IMG/VR virus record: IMGVR_UViG_3300043664_000006 | Location: 1 to 51,038 of that record | Length of the DNA: 51,038 bases | Direction: 5' to 3' (one strand) | DNA from: a virus | Taxonomy: Duplodnaviria; Caudoviricetes | In this document: positions 34,689 to 43,136 of the stretch, piece by piece | Position numbering within the stretch: position 1 is the stretch's first letter | Layout of the letters: the number at the start of each line of letters is the position of its first letter | Position numbers and translations under genes: made by a program | The notes under the pieces: model-generated | What the model saw: the letters and a program-made list of their open reading frames with translations, nothing else | Told to the model about the DNA's origin: nothing | Database searches by the model: none

Positions 34689-34990
34689 TGCTGGTGATCC
34701 CTTTGGCGGCGGTGCCTTCACAAACCCTGAGCGTCCAGTTGGCCGGGCAGGACTGCCGCATCTCCTGCTACGCAAAAACGACCGGATTTTATCTCGATCT
34801 GTATGTCGCCGGAGTCCTGGTCATTGGCGGGGTGCTCTGCCTCGATCGCAACCGGATCGTGCGGGATATCTATCATGGGTTCATCGGGGATCTCGGCTTC
34901 GCGGACATGCAAGGCACGTCGGACCCAGAGACCAGCGGGCTCGGCTCTCGGTTCATTCTGGCCTACCTCGAAGCGGCGGACCTGGCATGA
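34688..34990 (+). CDS. Baseplate protein
   Basis: IPL.AVPSQ.L...L.GQ, GF.GDL.F.D.QG..DP...GLG.RF.L.Y. Confidence 0.75.
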   Translation: MLVIPLAAVPSQTLSVQLAGQDCRISCYAKTTGFYLDLYVAGVLVIGGVLCLDRNRIVRDIYHGFIGDLGFADMQGTSDPETSGLGSRFILAYLEAADLA

Positions 34991-35058
34991 GTGCGGCAGA
35001 CGCCTTCCGGCACGTCATGCCCGCCTGTAGGCGCGCTTCGCGAGGCCGGCGGGCATGA
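34987..35058 (+). promoter_or_regulatory. 23-codon bridging ORF with a 12-bp hairpin over the hub start codon
   Basis: ATGA overlaps at both ends; GTCATGCCCGCC (35014-35025) pairs with GGCGGGCATGAC (35048-35059). Confidence 0.55.
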
Positions 35059-35957
35059 CCGGAGAATACAAACACCGAAAACTCGACGTCGCCTTCACCC
35101 TGGGTGAGGGGTCGTTCGGCGAAGATGGAACACAGAACACCATCACGTTGACCGGGCTCCGCGTCGCGATATCGGTGAACAAAGCCGGGCAGACGGGGTT
35201 TACCGAGGCACAGATCAGGGTGTTTGGCATGTCGCTCTCGGACATGAACAAGCTGGCGACGCTGGGTACTCCCCTGGAGAACCAAACCCGGCGGAATTTC
35301 ATCGGTGTGGCGGCGGGAAGCGGGGACGGCGCGACCTCGATCGTCTTCCAGGGCAACATCCAACAGGCGTGGGCCGACATGAATGGCTCTCCCCAGGTGC
35401 CATTCACCGTGCTGGCGCACGACGGCGGAATGCTCGCCACGAAGCCGGTCCCGGCCACCAGCTACAAGGGGGCTGTCGACGTTGCCACCGTCATGGCGCG
35501 GCTGGCGGTCCAGAACCAAATGACCCTGGAGAACAACGGCGTCTCGGTCATTCTCAACAACCCGAACCTATGGGGCTCGCCGCGCGATCAGATCGCCTCG
35601 GTCGCGACCCAGGCAAACATCAACTACCTCATAGAGGACATGGGCGCGGCCGGCGGGAAGCTCGTGATCTGGCCGAAGGGCGGCACGCGCGGCGGATCGA
35701 CCGTGCTCTTGTCGCCGGAGACCGGCATGGTCGGATACCCGGCGTTCTGGCAAGCCGGGATCGTCGTCAAAACGCTGTATAATCCGACGATCCTGTTCGG
35801 CTCGCGCATCGAGGTGAAAAGCGAACTAACACCGGCCTGCGGCTTCTGGTCCCCGGCCAACGTCACGCATGACCTTGAGTCGGAAACCCCCGGCGGGCAG
35901 TGGTTCACCACGCTGCACTGCATCACCTTCGGCCACGCGCCGGCGGTAATCCGCTGA
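35055..35957 (+). CDS. Baseplate hub protein
   Basis: GLRV, A.I.VFGM...MN.L, F.G.I..AW.D, SPETGMVGYP, H.LESE.PGG.W. Confidence 0.8.
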   Translation: MTGEYKHRKLDVAFTLGEGSFGEDGTQNTITLTGLRVAISVNKAGQTGFTEAQIRVFGMSLSDMNKLATLGTPLENQTRRNFIGVAAGSGDGATSIVFQGNIQQAWADMNGSPQVPFTVLAHDGGMLATKPVPATSYKGAVDVATVMARLAVQNQMTLENNGVSVILNNPNLWGSPRDQIASVATQANINYLIEDMGAAGGKLVIWPKGGTRGGSTVLLSPETGMVGYPAFWQAGIVVKTLYNPTILFGSRIEVKSELTPACGFWSPANVTHDLESETPGGQWFTTLHCITFGHAPAVIR

Positions 35958-36571
35958 TGTCCGGCCACACGGGGTTTCGCGAGGCCGAAGACTCTGGCTC
36001 GGAGTTCAACGCGATTTCGTTCCTGGTCAAGCAGATGATCAGCCGCATCGCGACGTCGACCCAGGTTGAAGTCGTGGCGGTGACGAACGCGGGGGAACTG
36101 GCGCCAGGCGGGACCGTCGACGTGCAACCCCTGGTCAACCAGGTGGACGGCGCCGGCAACGCGGTACCTCATGCTGTCATTTACGGCCTGCCTTACGTGC
36201 GTTCGCAGGGCGGCGGGAACGCCATCATCATGGACCCGCAGGTAGGGGACAAGGGCGTCGTCGTCTTCGCATCGCGGGATATCTCGTCGGTCAAAGCGAA
36301 CAAGGGTCAGGCCAATCCCGGCTCGCACAGGCGGCATGACATGGCGGACGGCATGTTCGTCGGCGCCAACCTGAACGGCACGCCTACCCAGTTCGTCCAA
36401 TTCCACGCCGACGGGATCACGATCAGGTCGCCGGTCAAGGTCACACTCGACGCGCCTTTGAGCGCGACCACGGGCAATTTCATCGTGGGCACCGGTGCTT
36501 CAGGCACTTTCGTCGCGGCCTCTGGCCAACTCGTCACCGTCCAGGACGGTATCGTCATCAACCTGATCTGA
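35957..36571 (+). CDS. Baseplate spike/puncturing protein (Gp138-like N-terminus)
   Basis: VDVQPLV.Q.DG, LPY.R.QGG.N.II.DP.VGD.G, RDIS.VK, R.HD.ADG. Confidence 0.82.
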   Translation: MSGHTGFREAEDSGSEFNAISFLVKQMISRIATSTQVEVVAVTNAGELAPGGTVDVQPLVNQVDGAGNAVPHAVIYGLPYVRSQGGGNAIIMDPQVGDKGVVVFASRDISSVKANKGQANPGSHRRHDMADGMFVGANLNGTPTQFVQFHADGITIRSPVKVTLDAPLSATTGNFIVGTGASGTFVAASGQLVTVQDGIVINLI

Positions 36572-36579
36572 GGTCGAGC

Positions 36580-37146
36580 ATGCAACCGCAGGGCGCCGGC
36601 CTCATCAACACGGCCTACTTCACCAACATCGCGACGGCTACCCAGGCGCGCGCGCAGGCAGCGATCGACACAATCGCGGGGACGGGGTTGCAGGCGAAGA
36701 TCGAGGCCATCGCCGATTCCCTCGTGGGCACTACCCTGCCGGCGGTTCCGGCGGGTCTGTCCGAGGCTCTGGGGCAACTGAGCAACATCACCTCAGGCGC
36801 CGAGTCCATGCTTCAGAGCATGATCGGGGGAGTCATCCCGTCTCTCCAGGCCGGGGTTACAGCGATTCAAGGGTCGATCGGCAAGCTGACCCCGCTGAAC
36901 ACCATCACCTCCACGGACTCCTGGGTAAACAGTTTCAAGTCGTCGTTCGCGGTCCCGGCGTTCGCCGGCGCGGTGCCACAACTGAGCACCGTTATGACAT
37001 CGGCGGTCACTGGCCTGACTTCACAGATCCAATCGGCGGCTGACGGTATCCTTGCTCCGTTGTCAGGGGCGTTCGCGAAGATCACGGCGGCGATCCCCTC
37101 GATCACTCTGCCGAGCGTGTCGATCACCATTCCGACGATCAGTTAA
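36580..37146 (+). CDS. Hypothetical Ala/Ser/Thr-rich baseplate-region protein
   Basis: GAGG RBS; MQPQG..LINT.YF start. Confidence 0.65.
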   Translation: MQPQGAGLINTAYFTNIATATQARAQAAIDTIAGTGLQAKIEAIADSLVGTTLPAVPAGLSEALGQLSNITSGAESMLQSMIGGVIPSLQAGVTAIQGSIGKLTPLNTITSTDSWVNSFKSSFAVPAFAGAVPQLSTVMTSAVTGLTSQIQSAADGILAPLSGAFAKITAAIPSITLPSVSITIPTIS

Positions 37147-37166
37147 GCAAGCGAATTCGAGGCCGA

Positions 37167-37601
37167 ATGCCCAGTACCCTCCTGCTCGCGCGTGACACAT
37201 GGGATCTCTGTGTCGATGCCCGCGGCAACATCGCCGTGGCGTCCGAGCCGTACGCGCTTGCTCAGGATGCGGCGAGTGCGATCCGGCTCTTTCAAGGCGA
37301 GTTGTGGTACGACACCGGCCAGGGCGTCCCCTACTTTTCCGAGATCCTCGGACAGGCGCCACCGCTCAGCTTCCTGAAGGCGAGTTTCGTCACCGCGGCT
37401 CTGACCGTCCCTGGTGTCGTCTCGGCTGTTTGCTTCATCTCCGGGATCGTCGGTCGAACGGTGACAGGGCAGGTCCAGGTGACTGACGCCAGCGGCAACG
37501 TCACGGTCGCGGCGTTCGGAGCTTCCCCATCCGGTGTGGTTCCCAGGCCCCTTAGCGCGCCGCTGGACGTCTTCGTACTCGACAGGGATGCACTGGCATG
37601 A
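37167..37601 (+). CDS. Baseplate wedge subunit (gpW/gp46-like)
   Basis: WDL..D..GNIA.A..PY..AQD.ASAI.LF.GE.WYD...G.PY, AL.VPGV. Confidence 0.8.
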   Translation: MPSTLLLARDTWDLCVDARGNIAVASEPYALAQDAASAIRLFQGELWYDTGQGVPYFSEILGQAPPLSFLKASFVTAALTVPGVVSAVCFISGIVGRTVTGQVQVTDASGNVTVAAFGASPSGVVPRPLSAPLDVFVLDRDALA

Positions 37602-38713
37602 AGTTGATCCAGGCTTTAATCGTTGCGCTGGGACTCGCGTTCGCGACGCAGGGCAGCGCGCAAACCCCTGGGGGCTTTACCGGGACAAGCACGGGCAACT
37701 TCGCGCCGCTTTCGGCGGCGGCGCTGAACGCGGCGTTCGCTGCGAAGCAGGATTGTTGTGTCTCGAGCACCGGTGTGTTCACGAGCCTAAGCGCGAGCGG
37801 CGCTGTCCTGTTCGGCACCGGAACGCCGCAGGGCACACCCTACCAATTCCAGACCGCATACAACGCTGATCCGTCCGTGGGGCCAGTCGACACGCGGCAA
37901 AATATGTTCAACACGACGCTCAGTTATGCCACGACCTCGACGCATATCTGGGAGAATATGAATTCGTTCGTGCAGGTGAACGGTCCCGGCACGGCGAGCG
38001 GTGAGATCAACGTCGCGCACACGTTCCTGGGCATCAGTGCCGGCGCGAACGTCGCGGTGGCGGAAGGCTATGAGAGCAGCGCCACGAACAGCGGTATCAT
38101 CGGGTCGTTCGCCAATTACCTAGGCCTCACCAACAATTTCGTGGGTGGCACCGCCGGGGCGATCCATGGAATGAACCTCTATTTGAACAACCTGAACACG
38201 ACGCCGGGCGCGATCGGTGAGTGGGCTGGCATCAATATCGGGCCGATGGTCGGCGGTGGCGCGCTCCCGACCTTCTACAGCGCGATTCGTATCCCCGACG
38301 CCAACGCGGGGATCGTCACATTGGGCGGCATTCTCGTCGGGAACCTCGGCAACGCGGTGCCTGGGCAGGTATTGATCCAGGGAGCCGACAACAGTGACGG
38401 CACGTTTACATTCCAGGCCCGCGATCTGGCCGGAGCCAACGCTCTTTTGATCGCCAATAGTGGCAGGGTGTTGTTTCAGGCATCGGGAATTACGATCCAG
38501 CCAACCACCATCGGTCCGAACCTTTTTATACAGGGGGTCGATAGCGCCGGTACAACGGCTTCCCTAATGGTCAGGAATCTTGCCACCACCGTTGCCTTTT
38601 CCGTCAGGAACGATGGAACGCTCATTGCTAATGGGAATGCTGGCGTAACCTGCGCGCCTGGAGCGCCGACCGCTTCGTTCGCCACATCAGGTGGGATCGT
38701 CACACATTGCTGA
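37598..38713 (+). CDS. Signal-peptide-bearing beta-rich fibre/spike-like protein
   Basis: MKLIQALIVALGLAFATQGSA/Q; LSAAALNAAFAAKQD; G/N/T-rich body; ends GVTC..PTASFA..GGIVTHC. Confidence 0.7.
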   Translation: MKLIQALIVALGLAFATQGSAQTPGGFTGTSTGNFAPLSAAALNAAFAAKQDCCVSSTGVFTSLSASGAVLFGTGTPQGTPYQFQTAYNADPSVGPVDTRQNMFNTTLSYATTSTHIWENMNSFVQVNGPGTASGEINVAHTFLGISAGANVAVAEGYESSATNSGIIGSFANYLGLTNNFVGGTAGAIHGMNLYLNNLNTTPGAIGEWAGINIGPMVGGGALPTFYSAIRIPDANAGIVTLGGILVGNLGNAVPGQVLIQGADNSDGTFTFQARDLAGANALLIANSGRVLFQASGITIQPTTIGPNLFIQGVDSAGTTASLMVRNLATTVAFSVRNDGTLIANGNAGVTCAPGAPTASFATSGGIVTHC

Positions 38714-38910
38714 AATATCTCATCATCGCCTTTCTCGCCGCGACGCCCGCGCTGGCGCAGCAAGCGCCTGACGCGACCGCCATGGGCAACGAACTCATGG
38801 AGTGCGTTGGCGGCAAAGTTCAACTGCGGACGAAGATCGCCCAACTTGAGGCGGAGATCGCGAAGCTGAAGGCGGACGCCGCGAAGCCAGCGGAACCCAA
38901 GGCTCCCTGA
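38707..38910 (+). CDS. Small signal-peptide plus coiled-coil protein
   Basis: TTG start; LKYLIIAFLAATPALA/Q; LRTKIAQLEAEIAKLK; coupled on both sides. Confidence 0.65.
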   Translation: MLKYLIIAFLAATPALAQQAPDATAMGNELMECVGGKVQLRTKIAQLEAEIAKLKADAAKPAEPKAP

Positions 38911-40151
38911 TGTCCGGTTCCACGAGTGTTCCGCGTCCCTCGATCACCGACAAGGGCTTCGTCGCCCCCGCCGAGTCGGACGTCCTGGCCGGCGTCCAGG
39001 CTGATGTCCAAGCCGCGTTCGGTGGCGTCCTCAACTTCACCACGACCGACGGGGCTCCGACGAACGCCACGCCACAGGGCCAGCTCTCCGCGTCCGAGTC
39101 GGCGATCATCGGCGACGCGAACGACACGTTCCTGTTCCTCTCTAACCAAATCGACCCCGCTCTCGCCTCTGGAAGATGGCAGGACGGACTGGCCAGGATT
39201 TACTTCATCACCCGCAACCCAGCCCTTCCCACGGTGGTCACGGCGACCTGCACTGGGCTGCTGAACGTTCAGATCCCGGTCGGAGCCCAGGCGCGCGCGA
39301 CAGACGGCACGCTCTATCTGTGCGTCTCCGGAGGCACCATTCCACCCGGCGGCTCGGTCGACCTGCAATTCGCGGCCTCAATCACCGGTCCGATCGCCTG
39401 CCCTGCCGGATCCCTGACCACGATCTACCAGACCATTCCAGGTTGGGACTCGATCACCAACGCGGCCGACGGGGTGCTGGGGGTCAACGTCGAGACACGC
39501 GCGGCCTTCGAAGCCCGACGAGGCCAGAGTGTAGCCAAGAATTCCGTGGGCCAGGTCACGTCGATCCTGGGGGCCGTCCTGGGAGTCCCTGGCGTGCTCG
39601 ATGCCTATGTCGTCTCCAATGACACGGGCACGACGGCGACGATCGGCGGGCTCTCCATTGGGGCCAATCAACTCTATGTCGCCGCTACAGGGGGAGCGGA
39701 CCAGGACGTGGGCAACGCGATCTGGACCAAGAAGATGCCCGGCGGGCCGTACTACGCCAGCGCGAACACTTCCGTCACCGTGCTCGACACACTTTCCGGC
39801 TACTCTCTCCCGCTGCCGGCCTACACCGTCAAATTCCACCGGCCGACGGCGACGGCGATCAAGTACGTGGTGACGATCGCCAACTCGACGGGAGTCCCCT
39901 CAACCGCATTGGTCCAGGTTCGGGGCGCCATCATCGCTGCCTTCGCGGGGTCCGACGGCGGGCAGAGGGCAAGGATAGGTTCCACGGTCTATGCCTCAAG
40001 GTTCTATGCCTCAGTAGCGTTGCTGGGGGCCTGGGCACAGGTCATCTCGATCCAGGTCGGGCTGACCACCGGAAACGCGGACACGGTCGCCCTCACGATT
40101 GCCCAGGTGCCCACGACTTCGGCGGCGGATATCTCACTGGTCCTGGTTTAG
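38910..40151 (+). CDS. Baseplate J-like protein
   Basis: TPQGQL, DP..A.GR.QD..ARIYF, G.I.CPAG.L..IY..IPGWD, ETRA.FE.RR. Confidence 0.9.
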   Translation: MSGSTSVPRPSITDKGFVAPAESDVLAGVQADVQAAFGGVLNFTTTDGAPTNATPQGQLSASESAIIGDANDTFLFLSNQIDPALASGRWQDGLARIYFITRNPALPTVVTATCTGLLNVQIPVGAQARATDGTLYLCVSGGTIPPGGSVDLQFAASITGPIACPAGSLTTIYQTIPGWDSITNAADGVLGVNVETRAAFEARRGQSVAKNSVGQVTSILGAVLGVPGVLDAYVVSNDTGTTATIGGLSIGANQLYVAATGGADQDVGNAIWTKKMPGGPYYASANTSVTVLDTLSGYSLPLPAYTVKFHRPTATAIKYVVTIANSTGVPSTALVQVRGAIIAAFAGSDGGQRARIGSTVYASRFYASVALLGAWAQVISIQVGLTTGNADTVALTIAQVPTTSAADISLVLV

Positions 40152-40157
40152 TCGGCC

Positions 40158-40724
40158 ATGCTCGATCCCCTGGTCACGATCCAGAGCGAGTACGCCAATT
40201 CACCGACGATCGTTTCGTTGATTGAAAGCTTCAACGACTGGCTGGACCCGAACGCGAACATCGACGAGTTCTATGACCTCGTTTGGAATCTCGACACCGC
40301 GCAAGGGTACGGGCTGGACGTCTGGGCGAGAATTGTCGGCGTCGGTAGAGTCCTCAATGTCGCCACGGGAGAATTCTTCGGCTTCACCGGGCCATCCGGG
40401 GCGTCCGGCGATCCCTACGACCAAAGCCCGTTCTACTCCGGCCAGGCCACCACATCGAATTTCGCGCTGTCAGACGATGGTTTCCGGGTTCTTATCCTCG
40501 CCAAGGCGCTGGCCAACATCACCGACGGATCTATCCCCTCGATCAACAAAATCCTAATGACGCTCTTCCCCGGACGAGGCAATGCCTACGTCGTGGACAA
40601 CGCCGACATGACGATGATCTATCATTTTGAATTCATATTGACCCCAGTTGAAGCGGCGATCGTCTCGCAATCGGGTGCGTTGCCGAAGCCCGCCGGCGTC
40701 GCGGCGACCATCGTGCAGGTTTAG
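40158..40724 (+). CDS. Baseplate wedge protein (DUF2612-like)
   Basis: YANSP, N.DTA.G.GLD.W.RIVG..R, LI..KA..NI, LP.PAGV. Confidence 0.85.
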   Translation: MLDPLVTIQSEYANSPTIVSLIESFNDWLDPNANIDEFYDLVWNLDTAQGYGLDVWARIVGVGRVLNVATGEFFGFTGPSGASGDPYDQSPFYSGQATTSNFALSDDGFRVLILAKALANITDGSIPSINKILMTLFPGRGNAYVVDNADMTMIYHFEFILTPVEAAIVSQSGALPKPAGVAATIVQV

Positions 40725-40734
40725 GAGCGGCGCC

Positions 40735-41694
40735 GTGCAGTTATCAAATATCCCGGTCAAATTCAGCGTGCCCTGGGCGAACACCGCCAGTGCCACGTAC
40801 CTCCGCGCCATCCCGACGGCGTCGCAGATCGGTATCGTTCCGGGCGAAGCCTCGCTCACCGATGGCTGGCCACCGCTCACCGCTTTGCCAGTGGCGGGTG
40901 GGGGCATCCCGCCGGACATCCGGGACGCGAACGGCATCCTCAAGCAGATCACGTCCTGGGATCGCTGGCTCCAGGCCGGCGGCAGGATCGCGTGGGACTC
41001 CGCGTTCTCCGCGGCGATCGGCGGGTATCCCTTTGGGTGCGAGGTGCCATCAGCGACAACGCCGAACGTGACCTGGGTCTCGACCGCCGAGAACAATGTC
41101 ACGAACCCAGACACAGGCGGCGCGGGCTGGGTCCATCGCGTGATCGCCGAGATCGGCTATATCCCCGTCAACAAGGCGGGTGACAGCGGCATTGGTGCTT
41201 TATCCGCAAGTAGTCTGGCATCGACCGGTGCAATCACCGCGACTGGTGCCATTAGTGCGGGCGGTGCGCTCAATGCCGGCGCCACCGTCAATGCCACTGG
41301 AAATGTCAATGCCAATGGCGGCCGCCTGCGCGCGGCGCTTGGCGCGACCGGATCAGGAGATCCCGCGGTTGCCACCATATTGAGTGACTTTCTCGCATCT
41401 TTGGCAGTTAATGGTTATCAAAAGTTACCGAGCGGCTACATCATTCAGTGGGGAGAAGCAGCCACCGGAAATGGAGTTGGCGTCAACTTTCCTTTGGTGT
41501 TTCCGAATAATTGTCTAGGCGTGGTCGCCAATGAAAGTCAGGCGAGTAACCTGACATGGGGCGCCGGAACTCCAACCATTCACGCGATTGGAGACAGAAC
41601 GACATCTGGCTTTACCCATTGGACATTAACCTGGAACGGGACAGGGTTTATCGCGGCGGGGAACGCGTGTTGTTACATCGCGATCGGAAATTAG
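40735..41694 (+). CDS. Tail fibre protein
   Basis: AGGAG RBS; P...GG.PP...D.NGIL, AIGGYP.G; C-terminal NGYQKLPSG.IIQWG..FP..FPN..AIG domain. Confidence 0.85.
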   Translation: MQLSNIPVKFSVPWANTASATYLRAIPTASQIGIVPGEASLTDGWPPLTALPVAGGGIPPDIRDANGILKQITSWDRWLQAGGRIAWDSAFSAAIGGYPFGCEVPSATTPNVTWVSTAENNVTNPDTGGAGWVHRVIAEIGYIPVNKAGDSGIGALSASSLASTGAITATGAISAGGALNAGATVNATGNVNANGGRLRAALGATGSGDPAVATILSDFLASLAVNGYQKLPSGYIIQWGEAATGNGVGVNFPLVFPNNCLGVVANESQASNLTWGAGTPTIHAIGDRTTSGFTHWTLTWNGTGFIAAGNACCYIAIGN

Positions 41695-41695
41695 G

Positions 41696-42241
41696 ATGAC
41701 AAAATACGCGTGCTTCGACCCCTCCTCGCCGGCGCCGTTTCGCGTGACGGGATGGTATGACACGTCAGTCTTCGATTATCCGAACCTCCCTTCGGCGGAC
41801 TGGTTGCTCGAGATGACTGATGAGCAGTGGGATGCCCGATTGACGGGTGTATGGGCCGTCAACGATGGCGCGTTGGTCGCTTATGCCCCGCCCCCGCCGA
41901 CTCCGACCTCTCATGACATCCTCGCGGAGAAGATCGCCGCCGGCATTGGGATCACGTGCACGTCCAACCCGTCCCTCGATGCCGTGTATGCTTTGGACGA
42001 TCTGAGTGCCGCGCAGATATTCCAGCTTGGCCTTTATGCATCTCAGTTCGGCGTGTTCCCCGGCGGTGCGACGCAAGCCTATCCGGACATCACCGGAGTC
42101 CCGCACACCTTCACCGTCGCTCAGTTCGTGGCGTTCCTTCGGGTGGTGGCGCCGCTGATCTCCGCTCTGACCACGCAAGCCGCCGTCATGTCGCACGGCG
42201 GGAATCCCGCGTGGCCATCGCAGTCCGCGACGATCCCGTGA
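41696..42241 (+). CDS. Tail fibre assembly chaperone
   Basis: V.GWYDT...YP.LP...LL.MT..QW; follows the fibre gene. Confidence 0.72.
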   Translation: MTKYACFDPSSPAPFRVTGWYDTSVFDYPNLPSADWLLEMTDEQWDARLTGVWAVNDGALVAYAPPPPTPTSHDILAEKIAAGIGITCTSNPSLDAVYALDDLSAAQIFQLGLYASQFGVFPGGATQAYPDITGVPHTFTVAQFVAFLRVVAPLISALTTQAAVMSHGGNPAWPSQSATIP

Positions 42242-42720
42242 CATCCCCCGCCCGCACCATCATCGTCCCGGCGGTCGCTCCGGTCCCCACCTGGTTCTCC
42301 CCCAACACACTCCGTTGGCCGATGGCCGAGCCGGACGACGTGCTTGACTACGCGCTCGATGTGTCCGGACCACTTCTGGACTCAGGTGGAGATTCCATCG
42401 CTTCCGCTTCGGTCTCCGTCGCACCCTCGGGGATTGGGGAATTGTCGGTCCAGAGCATCGACGTCGAGGATCCGATCATCACCGCATGGCTCTCGGGTGG
42501 CGTGGCGGGGCGGCACTACACCGTCCGGATCGAAGCGACCACGGACGGCGGGCGCACGTTCGAATGGCTGATTGGCCTCCGGATCGATCCGGAACTGGCG
42601 ACTTATCCGATGCCTCGTTTGGACAGCCCACACTTTGGCGACGCGGTCACCTGGCCGATCGGTTCTCGGACCGCTGTCTACAACGTGTCCAAGTACAACG
42701 ATGGAAGTACTTATCAATGA
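42238..42720 (+). CDS. Fibre-tail adaptor-like protein
   Basis: P.DVLDY.LD, WLSGG..G..Y.V....T..GR motifs. Confidence 0.65.
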   Translation: MTSPARTIIVPAVAPVPTWFSPNTLRWPMAEPDDVLDYALDVSGPLLDSGGDSIASASVSVAPSGIGELSVQSIDVEDPIITAWLSGGVAGRHYTVRIEATTDGGRTFEWLIGLRIDPELATYPMPRLDSPHFGDAVTWPIGSRTAVYNVSKYNDGSTYQ

Positions 42721-43136
42721 CCATCGCCCCGGGCGATCTTCTCGACGCCGCCGACATACTTGCCATCCAGGCCACCGCCGCATCCGCTTCTACCCTGGCG
42801 AGCGCGGCATTGCCCGCGGCGGGCGGACTTTTGACCGGACCGGTCATTCCGTTCGGAGCTCTGAACGTCACCGCCGCCGGAAATACCCAGGGGACGGCGA
42901 CACCGGTCACCGCCCAACGAATCTTCGCCACGACCGTCGCGCCTGGAACGGGCATTCAACTGCCTGCTGACCTTGCTCCCAGACGCGTATTCAACCGCGG
43001 GGCCAACACCTTGTCGGTCTATCCACCGAACGGCGCGGAGTGGGAACTGCTCGGCGCCAACAATCCAGCCGGGGTCGCGGCCGGAGGTTCCGCGGAATTT
43101 CAGATGGTCAGCGCCGGGCAGGGATACGTCGCATGA
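42717..43136 (+). CDS. Small fibre-like structural protein
   Basis: ALP.AGG..TG; TAAG.TQ.TAT; V.NRGANTL.VYP. Confidence 0.65.
   Translation: MTIAPGDLLDAADILAIQATAASASTLASAALPAAGGLLTGPVIPFGALNVTAAGNTQGTATPVTAQRIFATTVAPGTGIQLPADLAPRRVFNRGANTLSVYPPNGAEWELLGANNPAGVAAGGSAEFQMVSAGQGYVA

Noticed and set aside
33480-34775. 431-aa minus-strand ORF
   Set aside because: Arg-rich antisense shadow of tail genes.
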